Notes under the pieces: generated by a model | Databases searched by the model: none | What the model saw: the letters and a program-made list of their open reading frames with translations, nothing else | Told to the model about the DNA's origin: nothing | Source: a virus | Lineage: Duplodnaviria > Caudoviricetes | Length of the DNA: 41,162 nucleotides | Strand: one strand, 5' to 3' | IMG/VR virus record: IMGVR_UViG_3300045580_000267 | Span: 1-41,162 of that record | Made by a program: the position numbers and the translations under genes | In this document: positions 1 to 8,823 of the stretch, piece after piece | How positions within the stretch are numbered: the first letter of the stretch is position 1 | How the letters are laid out: the number at the start of each line of letters is the position of its first letter

Positions 1-78
1 TTTGTTGCGCGCAGACTTCTCTGCGTGCGCCACTTCCTGAGACTGCAAGTCGGTTGGGTCGTAGCTGGTCACGACCGC

Positions 79-109
79 AACTTATGCGCGGTCTTGCCAA
101 TACGGGCAC
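79..109 (-). promoter_or_regulatory. Putative phage late promoter, copy 1 (GTGCCCGTA-N16-TAAGTT)
   Basis: Exact 9-mer GTGCCCGTA on the minus strand, 4 nt after the stop of the 114..494 gene, followed 16 nt later by a -10-like hexamer. Same geometry at 6285-6315 and 22361-22391. Confidence 0.65.
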
Positions 110-113
110 AGTC

Positions 114-494
114 TCAGCGCCTACGCAAGTAAGCGACGGCCAAGCCGATGTCGGCCTCGCCAATGAGCGGGTACGGCGTGTCGTTGCCGTAGTTGATGCC
201 GTAGCCGACTCCGCCGCGCACGTCGCCCGGGGCCGGGAACCAGCCCGGCTTAATCAGGCCCTCGTTGACAACGCGCACAAGCGTCGCTGAAAGGCTGAAC
301 CCAACCGTGATGGATTCAACGTTGTCGGCGCTTGGAACGAGGTACTTCTTGAAGGCGGTCGACTCGGAGACGGTCTCCGTGTCGGCGCTGTGCCTGTTGA
401 GTGCAAGCGCGGCAAAGCGCGACTCAACAAGCTGCTCAACCTCAGGGACGCTCTTCCGGTGTGCGCCCTCACCGTAGAAGAGCGAAAGCAGCAT
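114..494 (-). CDS. Hypothetical protein, probably virion-associated
   Basis: 126-aa ORF starting 3 nt after the upstream gene, in a co-oriented late cluster. Confidence 0.6.
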   Translation of the reverse strand: MLLSLFYGEGAHRKSVPEVEQLVESRFAALALNRHSADTETVSESTAFKKYLVPSADNVESITVGFSLSATLVRVVNEGLIKPGWFPAPGDVRGGVGYGINYGNDTPYPLIGEADIGLAVAYLRRR

Positions 495-497
495 GGC

Positions 498-1931
498 TCA
501 GATCACCATGATCCTTGCCATGATCGTGCTGTTGTTGATGAGGTTGTAGATGTAGGTGATCTTGGTTGCGCCGTCCTTGTAGATCACATCGAACATGCAG
601 TCGCCAATGCGTGCGCCACCGGACGGGTACTGCAACTGAGCAAACGGCATCAACTCACTGGTTACGAAGTTGTACTTGTAGAACCTGTGGGTTGCGTCCT
701 TTTGGATGTACAGGAAGTTGCCGTTGTAGGCGTAGCGAGTGCCCGTGGTGAAGGTCTCGTTAGCCGGGCCATACACAACACCGCTGACCCATGTGTTTGC
801 GGCAATGTCGTAGTAGTCAAGCGTGCCAACGCCGCCAGCACGAAAGCTGTAGATGCGGCGACCGTTGATGATGGCATTTGTGTTGCTCCACGCGGAGTCA
901 GAGCAATCCCAAACCCAATGACCCGACAAAGCACTTGATGGTGCGGCTGCCCGGGCAGCAACTGGAGTTAAAACAGTCCAAGTGTTGGTGCTGATGCTGT
1001 ATCGGTACAGGGTGACAGCAAGGTTGCCCATGAGGTAAATAAAGTCATCGTTGCCCTCGATGGAGATGGTGCTGTCGATGTCGGGAGGTGTAGTCCACGC
1101 GGCCGTCAACGTGAGCAAAGTTGCCGTGTTGCTTGCAACGGTGCGGATCTGACCAGCCCCGGTGCCGCTCACGATGCGGACTTGGAAGTTCTTCCACTGG
1201 TCAGTGGCCCAGTTGGCAGTCGAATCCTCAACAGCAGAGCCGCCAGTGCCCGTGGCCAAGAACTCATGAAACTTGACGTAGTCGGTGTCAATCCAACTTG
1301 GAGTGGCAATAACTCTTGCGTCAGTGCCAATGCTGGCGGCAAGGTTGGTGATGCTGAGGTTGGCAGACCAAGTGTTGGTGGCGAAGTCGTAAAAACGCCA
1401 CGTTGAACCCTGCGTACCCCCCGATTGAATAAACCAACGCGGAGTAATCAGTCGATACTTGGTTGCGTTGGTGAATGCGCTTGCCTGCGTATCCACCGTG
1501 ATGACGGAGTTGGCTCCAGTTGTGTTTCGCACAATGGGCAACGTTGCCCCAGCGTTCGGGCCTTCAAGGATGTGGATCGAGTACCCGCGCAGATCGCGAG
1601 CCAGCGTCTGGTTTGTCGTGATGGTGCTGGTCGTTCCTGCGGTAGCGGTAAGGAACGCCACACCAAGAGTTGATCCAGTAGACCACGAAATGGCAGTCCC
1701 GCACGCGCCGCCAGTTAGCGTTCCAAGACCGGAGTTCGGGATATTAATCCAACCATCTTCGTCTGGCTGATAAAGCCAAATGGCTGAGTTGCCAGCGAAG
1801 TACATTTGCTGCTGGCGATAATGACGCGACGATGCAATGAACATCGACGTATCCTGCGTCACGGGCGCGGTTGCCAAAAACTCCCACCGCTTGAGGTCGA
1901 GGATCTTCCTGTTGCCGTTCGTAGTTGCCAT
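498..1931 (-). CDS. Putative virion structural / receptor-binding protein with beta-propeller-like repeats
   Basis: 477 aa, Thr/Gly/aromatic-rich. Kelch-like blade ends (YDFATNTW, YSISTNTW, YDIAANTW) and two copies of an inserted module (ILEGPNAGATLPIVRNT / IVSGTGAGQIRTVASNT). Confidence 0.6.
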   Translation of the reverse strand: MATTNGNRKILDLKRWEFLATAPVTQDTSMFIASSRHYRQQQMYFAGNSAIWLYQPDEDGWINIPNSGLGTLTGGACGTAISWSTGSTLGVAFLTATAGTTSTITTNQTLARDLRGYSIHILEGPNAGATLPIVRNTTGANSVITVDTQASAFTNATKYRLITPRWFIQSGGTQGSTWRFYDFATNTWSANLSITNLAASIGTDARVIATPSWIDTDYVKFHEFLATGTGGSAVEDSTANWATDQWKNFQVRIVSGTGAGQIRTVASNTATLLTLTAAWTTPPDIDSTISIEGNDDFIYLMGNLAVTLYRYSISTNTWTVLTPVAARAAAPSSALSGHWVWDCSDSAWSNTNAIINGRRIYSFRAGGVGTLDYYDIAANTWVSGVVYGPANETFTTGTRYAYNGNFLYIQKDATHRFYKYNFVTSELMPFAQLQYPSGGARIGDCMFDVIYKDGATKITYIYNLINNSTIMARIMVI

Positions 1932-1932
1932 T

Positions 1933-2331
1933 TCAGGTCACCGTGATGTTTCTGCGGAGGTTGTCTGCGGTAAGAACAGAAAAGTCTTTGTAGGCTTGCC
2001 CAACGTCAAAGTTTAGGGCACCAGCGCGAAGCAACTGAGAGCACTGGTTGATGCTGCTTGAGGTATCAAAAACAATGTTAGGTCGCCCGCTTGTGTCGAG
2101 TCGAAGCCAACTTGCAACTCGGGCAACCGAACTCATTGCCATGCGGATTGCTTCAAGGCACTCAACAAGCTCTCCGTAGCCAGCGACGGGCAGCGGGTTG
2201 GTTGCGCTTGCGTCGGCTGCGGTGCCATCCGCGCCAACGGAAATCTTGACCCGCTGATGGAGTACGCCACCGACATCGTCGGCGGCAATGTTGACTCCAG
2301 ATCCCGGCGTGTAACTGACGTTGTCGGCCAT
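1933..2331 (-). CDS. Hypothetical virion-associated protein
   Basis: 132-aa ORF tightly packed (1-nt gaps) in the late cluster. The N-terminus MADNVSYTPGSG...HQRVKI resembles phage structural proteins. Confidence 0.65.
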   Translation of the reverse strand: MADNVSYTPGSGVNIAADDVGGVLHQRVKISVGADGTAADASATNPLPVAGYGELVECLEAIRMAMSSVARVASWLRLDTSGRPNIVFDTSSSINQCSQLLRAGALNFDVGQAYKDFSVLTADNLRRNITVT

Positions 2332-2332
2332 T

Positions 2333-2929
2333 TCAGATTCCGTTGAGGGTGTGGTTGATGAACACCTTGAGGGTGTCGTTGGAGGTCTTGGTGAACGGGG
2401 TGCCGAACTCGGCGTGCATCATCACTGGCTCGCTTGCGCCCGGGGACGGGTTCGTGATGATGATGTCGGCGATGTTGGAGGCGTTGGCCTCCAGCTTCGT
2501 GTAGCTCACGGCGTAGGTCACGATGTCCACGCCAGCGCCCGTGTTGTCGGCGTCGGCATCGTTGATCTTTGGGTAGCCAGCCGTGAGCGCCTTCGCGCTG
2601 CCACTCACGAGGCCAGCAAGGTTGGCGCGCGTGTTGCCCTTGGCAGGGGACGCGCTCGCGCCGTTGTAGAGCTCGATGATTCCATCGAAGACGCCGGAGC
2701 CGTCCGTGAAGTTGGTCGGCAAGGTGCCAACCGCGCGCTGCGCGTAGAACAGGTCGCCAGCGTCGGTGACGATGTTCTTCGTGATGTGCGTGCGCCGCAG
2801 ACCGGTCTCGGCATCCTCAAGAACCACTACAACCCGCGTGCTGATCACGTGCGACAAGAGTGCCTCCGGGCCATCTGCTCGCTTGAGCACGGCCAGTACT
2901 TGGTCCTTGATGGATGCCTGCTCGATCAC
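2333..2929 (-). CDS. Hypothetical virion structural protein
   Basis: ORF 2333..2959; GTG at 2929 chosen because it forms a GTGA overlap with the upstream stop. C-terminal KTSNDTLKVFINHT resembles tail-associated beta-sandwich proteins. Confidence 0.6.
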   Translation of the reverse strand: MIEQASIKDQVLAVLKRADGPEALLSHVISTRVVVVLEDAETGLRRTHITKNIVTDAGDLFYAQRAVGTLPTNFTDGSGVFDGIIELYNGASASPAKGNTRANLAGLVSGSAKALTAGYPKINDADADNTGAGVDIVTYAVSYTKLEANASNIADIIITNPSPGASEPVMMHAEFGTPFTKTSNDTLKVFINHTLNGI

Positions 2930-3405
2930 TCGGCCTTGCTCGCCAACTTGGCCAGCCACGCCTTCGCTTCCGAAATCTGGCCCAGCAGATCCGCAAGCTC
3001 CGTCTCAAGCTCCTGCTTCTGAATCTTGAGATCCTCGGACACAACGCCGATGGACTCCTGCATCTTCTGGGCCTCGCTGATGGCCTCGAGCGATGCCTGC
3101 ACGTCGGCAGCGGCCTGCTTCTTGGCCTCGTCGATGATTCGCGCGGCCTGCTCCTCGGCGTACGCGACCACGTTCTCGGCCTCCTCCTTGGCGATTTCGG
3201 CCATTTCAAGTGCGTGCTTCTCGCCCGCCTCGACCTTCTTCTTGCTCTCCTCAAGCTCTGCCTTCGCCTTCGCGACGGAGGCCTCGAGCTCGGCCTTGTG
3301 CTGCTCGGCCTGACCAATGCTTTCGAGCACGTCGGCGGCCTGCTTGAGTGATTCAAACTGGCGCGACAGCGCGCGCACCTGCAATGCAATGTCGATGTTC
3401 GTCAT
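2926..3405 (-). CDS. Coiled-coil protein
   Basis: 159 aa, Ala/Glu/Lys-rich heptad pattern, tightly packed with neighbours. Confidence 0.7.
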   Translation of the reverse strand: MTNIDIALQVRALSRQFESLKQAADVLESIGQAEQHKAELEASVAKAKAELEESKKKVEAGEKHALEMAEIAKEEAENVVAYAEEQAARIIDEAKKQAAADVQASLEAISEAQKMQESIGVVSEDLKIQKQELETELADLLGQISEAKAWLAKLASKAE

Positions 3406-3406
3406 G

Positions 3407-3766
3407 TCAGGAACCCTTCACGAGTACGTAGACGTCGAGCTTGACGCCGGAGCCAGAGGAAACGCGGGGGCGCAGCCAGAGCGGATGCTCGGGAACCACC
3501 TCGAGTCGCGTGTTGTTGAGCGAGAGGCTGTTGCCCTGCAGGTCGCTGAGCGTGGCCCAGTTGACCTTGTCGTGGCTGCCCTCGATCACGACAGCGCCAC
3601 CACCGAAGCTGCCAGCGACAGGCGACGGCACGGCCTGCACCGTCTTGTCCGCAAACGCGCTCGCGGACATCGGCTCGCCGTCGTCGCCATCGGCGAGGTC
3701 GACCCACTTGAAAAGAAGAGTGTTATCAAACCCCGCGTTGTTGTATGTGAATCCCTTGGTAGCCAT
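3407..3766 (-). CDS. Hypothetical protein downstream of portal
   Basis: 119-aa ORF, 3 nt after the portal stop; GSFGGGAVVIEGSHD and WLRPRV motifs suggest a small beta-sandwich virion protein. Confidence 0.7.
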   Translation of the reverse strand: MATKGFTYNNAGFDNTLLFKWVDLADGDDGEPMSASAFADKTVQAVPSPVAGSFGGGAVVIEGSHDKVNWATLSDLQGNSLSLNNTRLEVVPEHPLWLRPRVSSGSGVKLDVYVLVKGS

Positions 3767-3769
3767 GTG

Positions 3770-5488
3770 TTAGACCTCGACTGCTGACGGTGAGTTGTAG
3801 CCGCTGAACATGTTCATCACGTCGGTGAGAGCGTTCGGCTGAGCTGGGTTGGTTGGTGCCATTGCCATGTCCTTCGTCGCGGATGCCTGCTGCTGCAGGA
3901 GCGCGGTCTGCTCTTTTGCGGCCATGGCCTTGTTGCGTGCTTCGCGCACAAGCGCGACCTTGTCGCTCGGGACGATGAGGCGCGGATCGAGTCCGAGCAT
4001 GTCGCCGTAAGCGTCTGCCCACTCGTCCGGGTCAAACTTGTCGAGGACCTCGGGCTTCATCTGGGCGACGATGCCCATCGAGCCAACGAAGCGGTCCACC
4101 GAGTTCGTGCCGATGGCCGACTGCGCCTGCGCGAGCATCGAAACAAAGCGCACGCTGAGGTCCATGCCCTGCAGCTCCTCCGGCGGCGGCGGCACGACGC
4201 CCATCTCGAGCATCTTGATGAAGGTGCGCTCGACGAGCGGGCTCAGCAACTCGTTGTGGAGTCGCTCGAGGACCGGGCCAAGCATCAGGAGCTTCTCTTC
4301 GTGACGCTCGGCCACCTCGGTCGCGGTCATGCGCGTGTCCGTCGCGTTCGCCAGCATCAAGAACAGGTCCGCGTAGAACGCGCCACGGATGCGCTCGCGC
4401 ACGTCTTGAATGTCGCGGAGCAAGTGGTCGAGGTTGAGGTTCACCTCAAAGGCGGTCCGAATGCCAGCCTGCGGATTCGCCGCGTCAACAAACGACACGC
4501 CGCCGGGCAGCGTCTCGATGTCGCGGTTCTTCATGGAGGTCGGGACCTGCAGCGGCGGCTTCGTCTGGTAGTCGATGCCCTGCGCCTTGCGCAACTGCTC
4601 GTGCTGCAACTGCTTGATGTCGCCGAGCGCCTCCATGCCGGGCGAGTTGCCGTAGATGTCGCCGCCAGCGATGGCCCAGCGCGGAGCCAGCACGGGGAAC
4701 TCCATGAAGCCGGACTCGCGGAGGTACTTGCCGGGATCGGACGCGATCTCGAAGTAGCACGAGCGGAACGGCATGTTGAGCGCGTCGCGCTTCTTGTAGT
4801 CGCGGTCTTCGCGCGGCTCGATAGCGTGGATGATGGTCACCCACGTGTCGAGGGTGCCGTTGTCGTACATGTGGCGGACGCTTGTGGAGCAGTTCTCGTA
4901 GCCGAACTCCGAGACGACCTGCGCGACCGTCATCTCGAACTCGCGGTAGAACGTGTTGACGTAGCCCTTGTAGTCCGCCGAGATCGCGAACTCACCGACC
5001 GTGACCGGGTAGTGGTGGATCACGGAGTTGAAGTCCGACAGCATGATCGAGGAGGACGTGCCGAACGCGGCGAGTTCCTCGTACATCTGGTGCAGCATCC
5101 GGTACGTGTTCGACCGCTGGAACACGGACAGCATCCGGTTCGTGACGTCGTCGAGCCACAGCTTCACCGGCTGGAACCTGTTGAGGTCCGGGTCCGTCGT
5201 CGAGAGCGCGAACCACGGCCGCGCGGGCGACGTCGCGCCAGCCATCATGCCTGCACCAAGCACGCGCAGGGACCGCGTGCCGGTGTTGTCGTAGATGTTG
5301 TTGTGGCGGCGCTCGCCCTTGTTGCGGTCCTGCACGTAGAAGCGGCCGTTGCGCGGCAGAAGGTAGGTGCTGATCTCCTGCCAGTGCGCCCACCACGTGG
5401 CGCGCTCGCTCTTGAGCTGGCCCCAGCGCGTGTGGAGGTTGCTGCGGTGTTTCTCCGCCCCGGCCATCTTCTGGTTGTTGCTCTTCAT
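3770..5488 (-). CDS. Portal / head-to-tail connector protein (T7 gp8 / BPP-1-like)
   Basis: Motifs GATSPARPWF, YGNSPGMEALGDIKQLQ and MTATEVAERHEEKLLMLGPVLERL are characteristic of podovirus head-tail connectors. ATG at 5488 chosen. Confidence 0.93.
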   Translation of the reverse strand: MKSNNQKMAGAEKHRSNLHTRWGQLKSERATWWAHWQEISTYLLPRNGRFYVQDRNKGERRHNNIYDNTGTRSLRVLGAGMMAGATSPARPWFALSTTDPDLNRFQPVKLWLDDVTNRMLSVFQRSNTYRMLHQMYEELAAFGTSSSIMLSDFNSVIHHYPVTVGEFAISADYKGYVNTFYREFEMTVAQVVSEFGYENCSTSVRHMYDNGTLDTWVTIIHAIEPREDRDYKKRDALNMPFRSCYFEIASDPGKYLRESGFMEFPVLAPRWAIAGGDIYGNSPGMEALGDIKQLQHEQLRKAQGIDYQTKPPLQVPTSMKNRDIETLPGGVSFVDAANPQAGIRTAFEVNLNLDHLLRDIQDVRERIRGAFYADLFLMLANATDTRMTATEVAERHEEKLLMLGPVLERLHNELLSPLVERTFIKMLEMGVVPPPPEELQGMDLSVRFVSMLAQAQSAIGTNSVDRFVGSMGIVAQMKPEVLDKFDPDEWADAYGDMLGLDPRLIVPSDKVALVREARNKAMAAKEQTALLQQQASATKDMAMAPTNPAQPNALTDVMNMFSGYNSPSAVEV

Positions 5489-5489
5489 G

Positions 5490-5822
5490 TCAGGTCCCAA
5501 GGAGGGTCGGCGTGGAGCGCGCGTTGACGCGCATGTCGTCGGGGTTCACTCCGGCGGGGCCAGTGAGCATCGTGCTTGCTGCGCCAGCCTTGCCCGCGTC
5601 CTGCGACGCCTTCAGCAGCGCATTCACGTCGGGCTTCTTGCGGTTGATGGCGGCCTGCTCCATCTCGGCGCGACGCTGCGCACTGATCGCGCGGGCCTCG
5701 GCCTTCGCCTGCTCCTGCTTCTGGAGATCAAGGGCTTTCTTCTGCTGCTTGCGGGCCTGCTCGCCTTGGTAGACGCTGTAGCCCATTCCACTTCCAGCAA
5801 GCAGGGCGGCTGAGATAACCAT
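5490..5822 (-). CDS. Small pre-portal virion protein
   Basis: ATG overlaps the GNAT stop (TAATG) with AAGGAG upstream. Hydrophobic N-terminus, coiled coil, and STMLTGPAGV...TLLG tail typical of the gene preceding podovirus portals. Confidence 0.75.
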   Translation of the reverse strand: MVISAALLAGSGMGYSVYQGEQARKQQKKALDLQKQEQAKAEARAISAQRRAEMEQAAINRKKPDVNALLKASQDAGKAGAASTMLTGPAGVNPDDMRVNARSTPTLLGT

Positions 5823-6307
5823 TACAGCTCCTTGATGTGTGCGCGCTCGGCGTGGCGGTAGCCAAGTCGGCCAAGCGATGGACCAAGTGTCGGAACTCCG
5901 TCGATGACGAGCTCGGAGAGGCACGCGAACCGGGCCCCCTGCTCTCTGCCCCACTTCTCGAAGGCGCGGAGGAGACCGACCCCAATCGTGTTGTGGCGGT
6001 ACTTCTCGTCAACGAACCACGCCAGCTCAACGGCGAGCGGGACATCCGGCGCAAACCACATGAACGACATCGTGGCTGCGATGCCGCCCACAATCTTGCC
6101 GCCAAGCTCAGCCACGAACACGGACCCAGACTCAATCAGATTGAGCAGGACCGTGTCGGTGTGGATCTCTGATGCTGCCAGCATTTGCGCGTAGCCTGAA
6201 TACTTGAGGAACGAGTCCGCGAGGGAACCAATGCCCACAAGGTCGTCGGCCACTGCGGTTCGAATCACGTACCCAGACTCTGGCAAGTTATGTTCGCTCG
6301 GGCTCAT
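5822..6307 (-). CDS. GNAT-family N-acetyltransferase
   Basis: IRTAVADD start, WFVDEKYRHNTIGVGLL acetyl-CoA motif A, RLGY motif. The true start may be GTG at 6268, downstream of the late-promoter motif. Confidence 0.85.
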   Translation of the reverse strand: MSPSEHNLPESGYVIRTAVADDLVGIGSLADSFLKYSGYAQMLAASEIHTDTVLLNLIESGSVFVAELGGKIVGGIAATMSFMWFAPDVPLAVELAWFVDEKYRHNTIGVGLLRAFEKWGREQGARFACLSELVIDGVPTLGPSLGRLGYRHAERAHIKEL

Positions 6308-6315
6308 ACGGGCAC
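6285..6315 (-). promoter_or_regulatory. Putative phage late promoter, copy 2 (GTGCCCGTA-N16-TAACTT)
   Basis: Exact 9-mer 1 nt after the TerL stop; 16-nt spacer to TAACTT. Confidence 0.65.
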
Positions 6316-6316
6316 A

Positions 6317-7651
6317 TTACAGGAGGAGGTAGGGGTCGTACTCAGTCTGGCGTTGACGCTTCACAACCGACTCAAGCACGTCGCGCGGTGCAGATGACCG
6401 GACCGGGTGGGCAAATGTCAGGGCCAGCGCGTCCGCCAAGTCCGGGCTGCTGCCGCCTTGGAGCCTCTTCTTGATCTCGTCCTTCGACTCCAAGACCTTC
6501 TTCCCCTGCGGGTCGTACCAGTAGACCGGGGTCGCGAGTTCCTGCTTGAGCGTGATGTCGTTTGGGATGGCCCCCCCGTTGCGGAGCCACTGCGACATCT
6601 CAACCCACATCTCTGTTCTACGGTTCACATACAGGTTGGATTGGGTCGCCCGCCCCCCGAAAGGGACCTCGACCACGTCGTACGACAACTGCCTCAGCCG
6701 GTCGATGAGCCCCGCCCCCGCACCTGAGTCGACGAAGACCGCGTCGGGATGCCAGTCCTCGATCACGTTCGCGACCCGGGCCGCCAGCTCCATGTTGTCC
6801 AAGCCTTGGAACGACAGGAACGGCCACGTCGCGAGGCCCTGACGGCGGGCGATCACGCTCCGGTCGTCGCCAAACCGCGCGGGGTCCACCCCCATCACGC
6901 GGGGCATACCTTCGACCTGCACTGGCGTAATCTGGCGGCGCGCCCCCTCCTCCGCGTCCATCAGCGAAATGAGCTGGTCGTCACCGGCCGCCGAGAAGTC
7001 GCATAGGTACTCCCTTGCGAAGCTGGCGTCGCTCATGTCGCGCTTCAGGCGGGCCACCTCCTCGGGGTCGATGGCCTCCGTGTCGTAGACGGTGTACTTG
7101 GCCGCGTGCCAGTCAGGGGTCGCCTGCGCCTTGTAGAAGAGCTCGCTGAACAGGTTGACCCCAGAGGGGGTCCCAATGAAAACAGCCCAGCCACGGCGGT
7201 CTGAGAGGGCAGGCTGGACCACGTCCTGCCATACCTCCGGCCTGACTTGGGCCACCTCGTCGATCACGATCCCGTCAAGTCGGAGTCCCCGGAGGCTGTC
7301 CGGGTTGTCACCTCCGAAAACACGGATCGTCGCGCCGTTGTGGGTGAATGTAACCGACGACTCACCCTCATTCAGGTCCGCCCCCCCTGCGAGCCGAATC
7401 GGTTCGAGCTTCGACTTGAGCCTCCCCCACGCGATGGCTCGGCTCTGCCGGTAGAACGGCGTGAGGTACACGAAGAGGCCGAGGGGCAGCTTGCACTGTA
7501 GAGCGGCGTGGATCAGCTCCATCAGGGCGAGCTCCGTCTTGCCTGCTCTGCGATGCAACGCGTACACCGAGAAGCGCCGCCTCCCTCGATGGCAGTCGCG
7601 CTGCCACGCACGTGGTGAGTAGTCGAGCCTGATCTCCTGACGCTCAGCCAT
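6317..7651 (-). CDS. terL: Terminase large subunit
   Basis: Walker A-like HRRAGKT, Walker B GIVIDEVAQ, coupling motif FIGTPSG, nuclease motifs MGVDPARFGDD and SPDLADALALTF. Start MAERQ at 7651 with GAGGA upstream. Confidence 0.95.
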   Translation of the reverse strand: MAERQEIRLDYSPRAWQRDCHRGRRRFSVYALHRRAGKTELALMELIHAALQCKLPLGLFVYLTPFYRQSRAIAWGRLKSKLEPIRLAGGADLNEGESSVTFTHNGATIRVFGGDNPDSLRGLRLDGIVIDEVAQVRPEVWQDVVQPALSDRRGWAVFIGTPSGVNLFSELFYKAQATPDWHAAKYTVYDTEAIDPEEVARLKRDMSDASFAREYLCDFSAAGDDQLISLMDAEEGARRQITPVQVEGMPRVMGVDPARFGDDRSVIARRQGLATWPFLSFQGLDNMELAARVANVIEDWHPDAVFVDSGAGAGLIDRLRQLSYDVVEVPFGGRATQSNLYVNRRTEMWVEMSQWLRNGGAIPNDITLKQELATPVYWYDPQGKKVLESKDEIKKRLQGGSSPDLADALALTFAHPVRSSAPRDVLESVVKRQRQTEYDPYLLL

Positions 7652-7898
7652 CCTCGTCCTCCTCGTCACCGTCGACACTGCGCGCCTCGTTGGCGAGCCT
7701 GATCCACTCAAGCGCGCCCTCGTAGCGACGCACGTCCTCGGCCTGTCCCTCACGCGTTGCCACGTAAAGGCGCGCAATCAGCGAGCGCGCAGACATCTGC
7801 TCACGCAGGTCGTAACAGCAGGCGCACAGCATCGCGTGCTCGGACACAGTGAAGAACGTGCCCTCGCGCGCCTCGCAGGCTGCGCACACAATCAGCAC
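7644..7898 (-). CDS. Hypothetical protein with Cys motifs (possible Zn finger)
   Basis: CAAC...CACC motifs, acidic tail. Start uncertain: GTG 7898 (used here) or TTG 7937. Confidence 0.55.
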   Translation of the reverse strand: MLIVCAACEAREGTFFTVSEHAMLCACCYDLREQMSARSLIARLYVATREGQAEDVRRYEGALEWIRLANEARSVDGDEEDEDG

Positions 7899-7909
7899 GT
7901 GACACCAGC

Positions 7910-7957
7910 GCAGCGTCTGCTGCAGCGTCTGTTGCAACGTCTGCTGCAGCGTTCGCT
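7910..7957. repeat. Four tandem 12-bp repeats GCARCGTYYGYT
   Basis: gcagcgtctgct / gcagcgtctgtt / gcaacgtctgct / gcagcgttcgct, abutting the terS stop codon. Confidence 0.9.
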
Positions 7958-8415
7958 CACGCAGTGGGCACTCCAGTCACGACGTGCAGTGACACAGAGC
8001 CGCCGTGCTCGACGCCGACCTTGTCGCCGTACTTCTTCGGCGACCACTTCGCGAGGAGCTTGAGCCGCTGCTCGACCTGTATGCGACGCCACTGCACGAA
8101 GGCGGGATCGATGCGCGAACCGTCTGCGGTCGTGTCTGGCGCTTCGTCAATCATCGCGATGGTGTCTTCGGCAATCGCATCAGCTCCAGCGTCGCGCGCG
8201 TGCGCGAAGCGTCGTGCGAACTCTTCATCCTTCCTCACCCAGTCATACACAGCGTGCCACGAAGGTTTGCCTTCTTGTCTGCAATACTCGCGCAGCGTCT
8301 TGCCGTCAGTGATCCACGCAATGATCTCTTCAGCGAGATCACTGGGCACAGGCTCAACGGGTCTGCCGATCTTGGCGCTCTTTGTCTTCGTGCTCTTAGG
8401 TCTCTTGCTCGTCAT
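7957..8415 (-). CDS. terS: Terminase small subunit (Sf6/P22-like)
   Basis: GRP motif, HTH-like GKTLREYCRQEGKPSWHAVYDW, and C-terminal RLKLLAKWSPKKYGDKV; lies upstream of terL. Confidence 0.88.
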   Translation of the reverse strand: MTSKRPKSTKTKSAKIGRPVEPVPSDLAEEIIAWITDGKTLREYCRQEGKPSWHAVYDWVRKDEEFARRFAHARDAGADAIAEDTIAMIDEAPDTTADGSRIDPAFVQWRRIQVEQRLKLLAKWSPKKYGDKVGVEHGGSVSLHVVTGVPTA

Positions 8416-8650
8416 ACATCACTCGCTTCCATTCCTTCGGAACCTGTGCGCGTCGTTCATAGCGACACACCTTCGCCACGTAGTGACGCGACAGTGACAG
8501 CATCGCAGCGATTGCGCCGTAGCTGAGCAGATACTCCTCGTGGAGCTCTCTGATCCTGTTGACGACGATGTCTGCGATGCGCGCGTTGTGATGCGTCTCG
8601 CCAATGCGTCGCCTGCTCTCGTTCAGTGCAACGAGCACGCTGCGTCTCAC
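8396..8650 (-). CDS. Small HTH DNA-binding protein
   Basis: GETHHNARI...VNRIRELHEEYLLSYGAIAAMLSLSRHYVAKVC, an HTH-like pattern. Confidence 0.65.
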   Translation of the reverse strand: MRRSVLVALNESRRRIGETHHNARIADIVVNRIRELHEEYLLSYGAIAAMLSLSRHYVAKVCRYERRAQVPKEWKRVMYDEQET

Positions 8651-8820
8651 CGCTTGCGTTCCTTGCGCTCTCTGCGCTCGTGGCTCTTTGTGTCTTTGTC
8701 TTTGTCTGCCTCGTTGTACTCGCGGCCGACTGACTGAGGGATGCCGACCTTCTTCGCGAACTTCTTCGAGTGTGCGACTGCGGCCATGAGTCTCGCCTGT
8801 GCTGCGCTCTTGCTTGGCAT
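8647..8820 (-). CDS. Small basic phage protein (57 aa, below the ORF-track cutoff)
   Basis: Read manually: MPSKSAAQARLMAAVAHSKKFAKKVGIPQSVGREYNEADKDKDTKSHERRERKERKR. It fills the gap exactly, with a GTGA overlap into the next gene. Confidence 0.8.
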   Translation of the reverse strand: MPSKSAAQARLMAAVAHSKKFAKKVGIPQSVGREYNEADKDKDTKSHERRERKERKR

Positions 8821-8823
8821 GTG

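Noticed and set aside
72-95. dif-like half site (CGCGCATAA on the minus strand)
   Set aside because: No XerD arm (TTATGTTAAA) at the correct spacing; better explained as the -10 region of the late motif.
114-1931. Diversity-generating retroelement, given the BPP-1-like architecture
   Set aside because: No reverse transcriptase motif and no adenine-specific TR/VR repeat pair noticed in the window.
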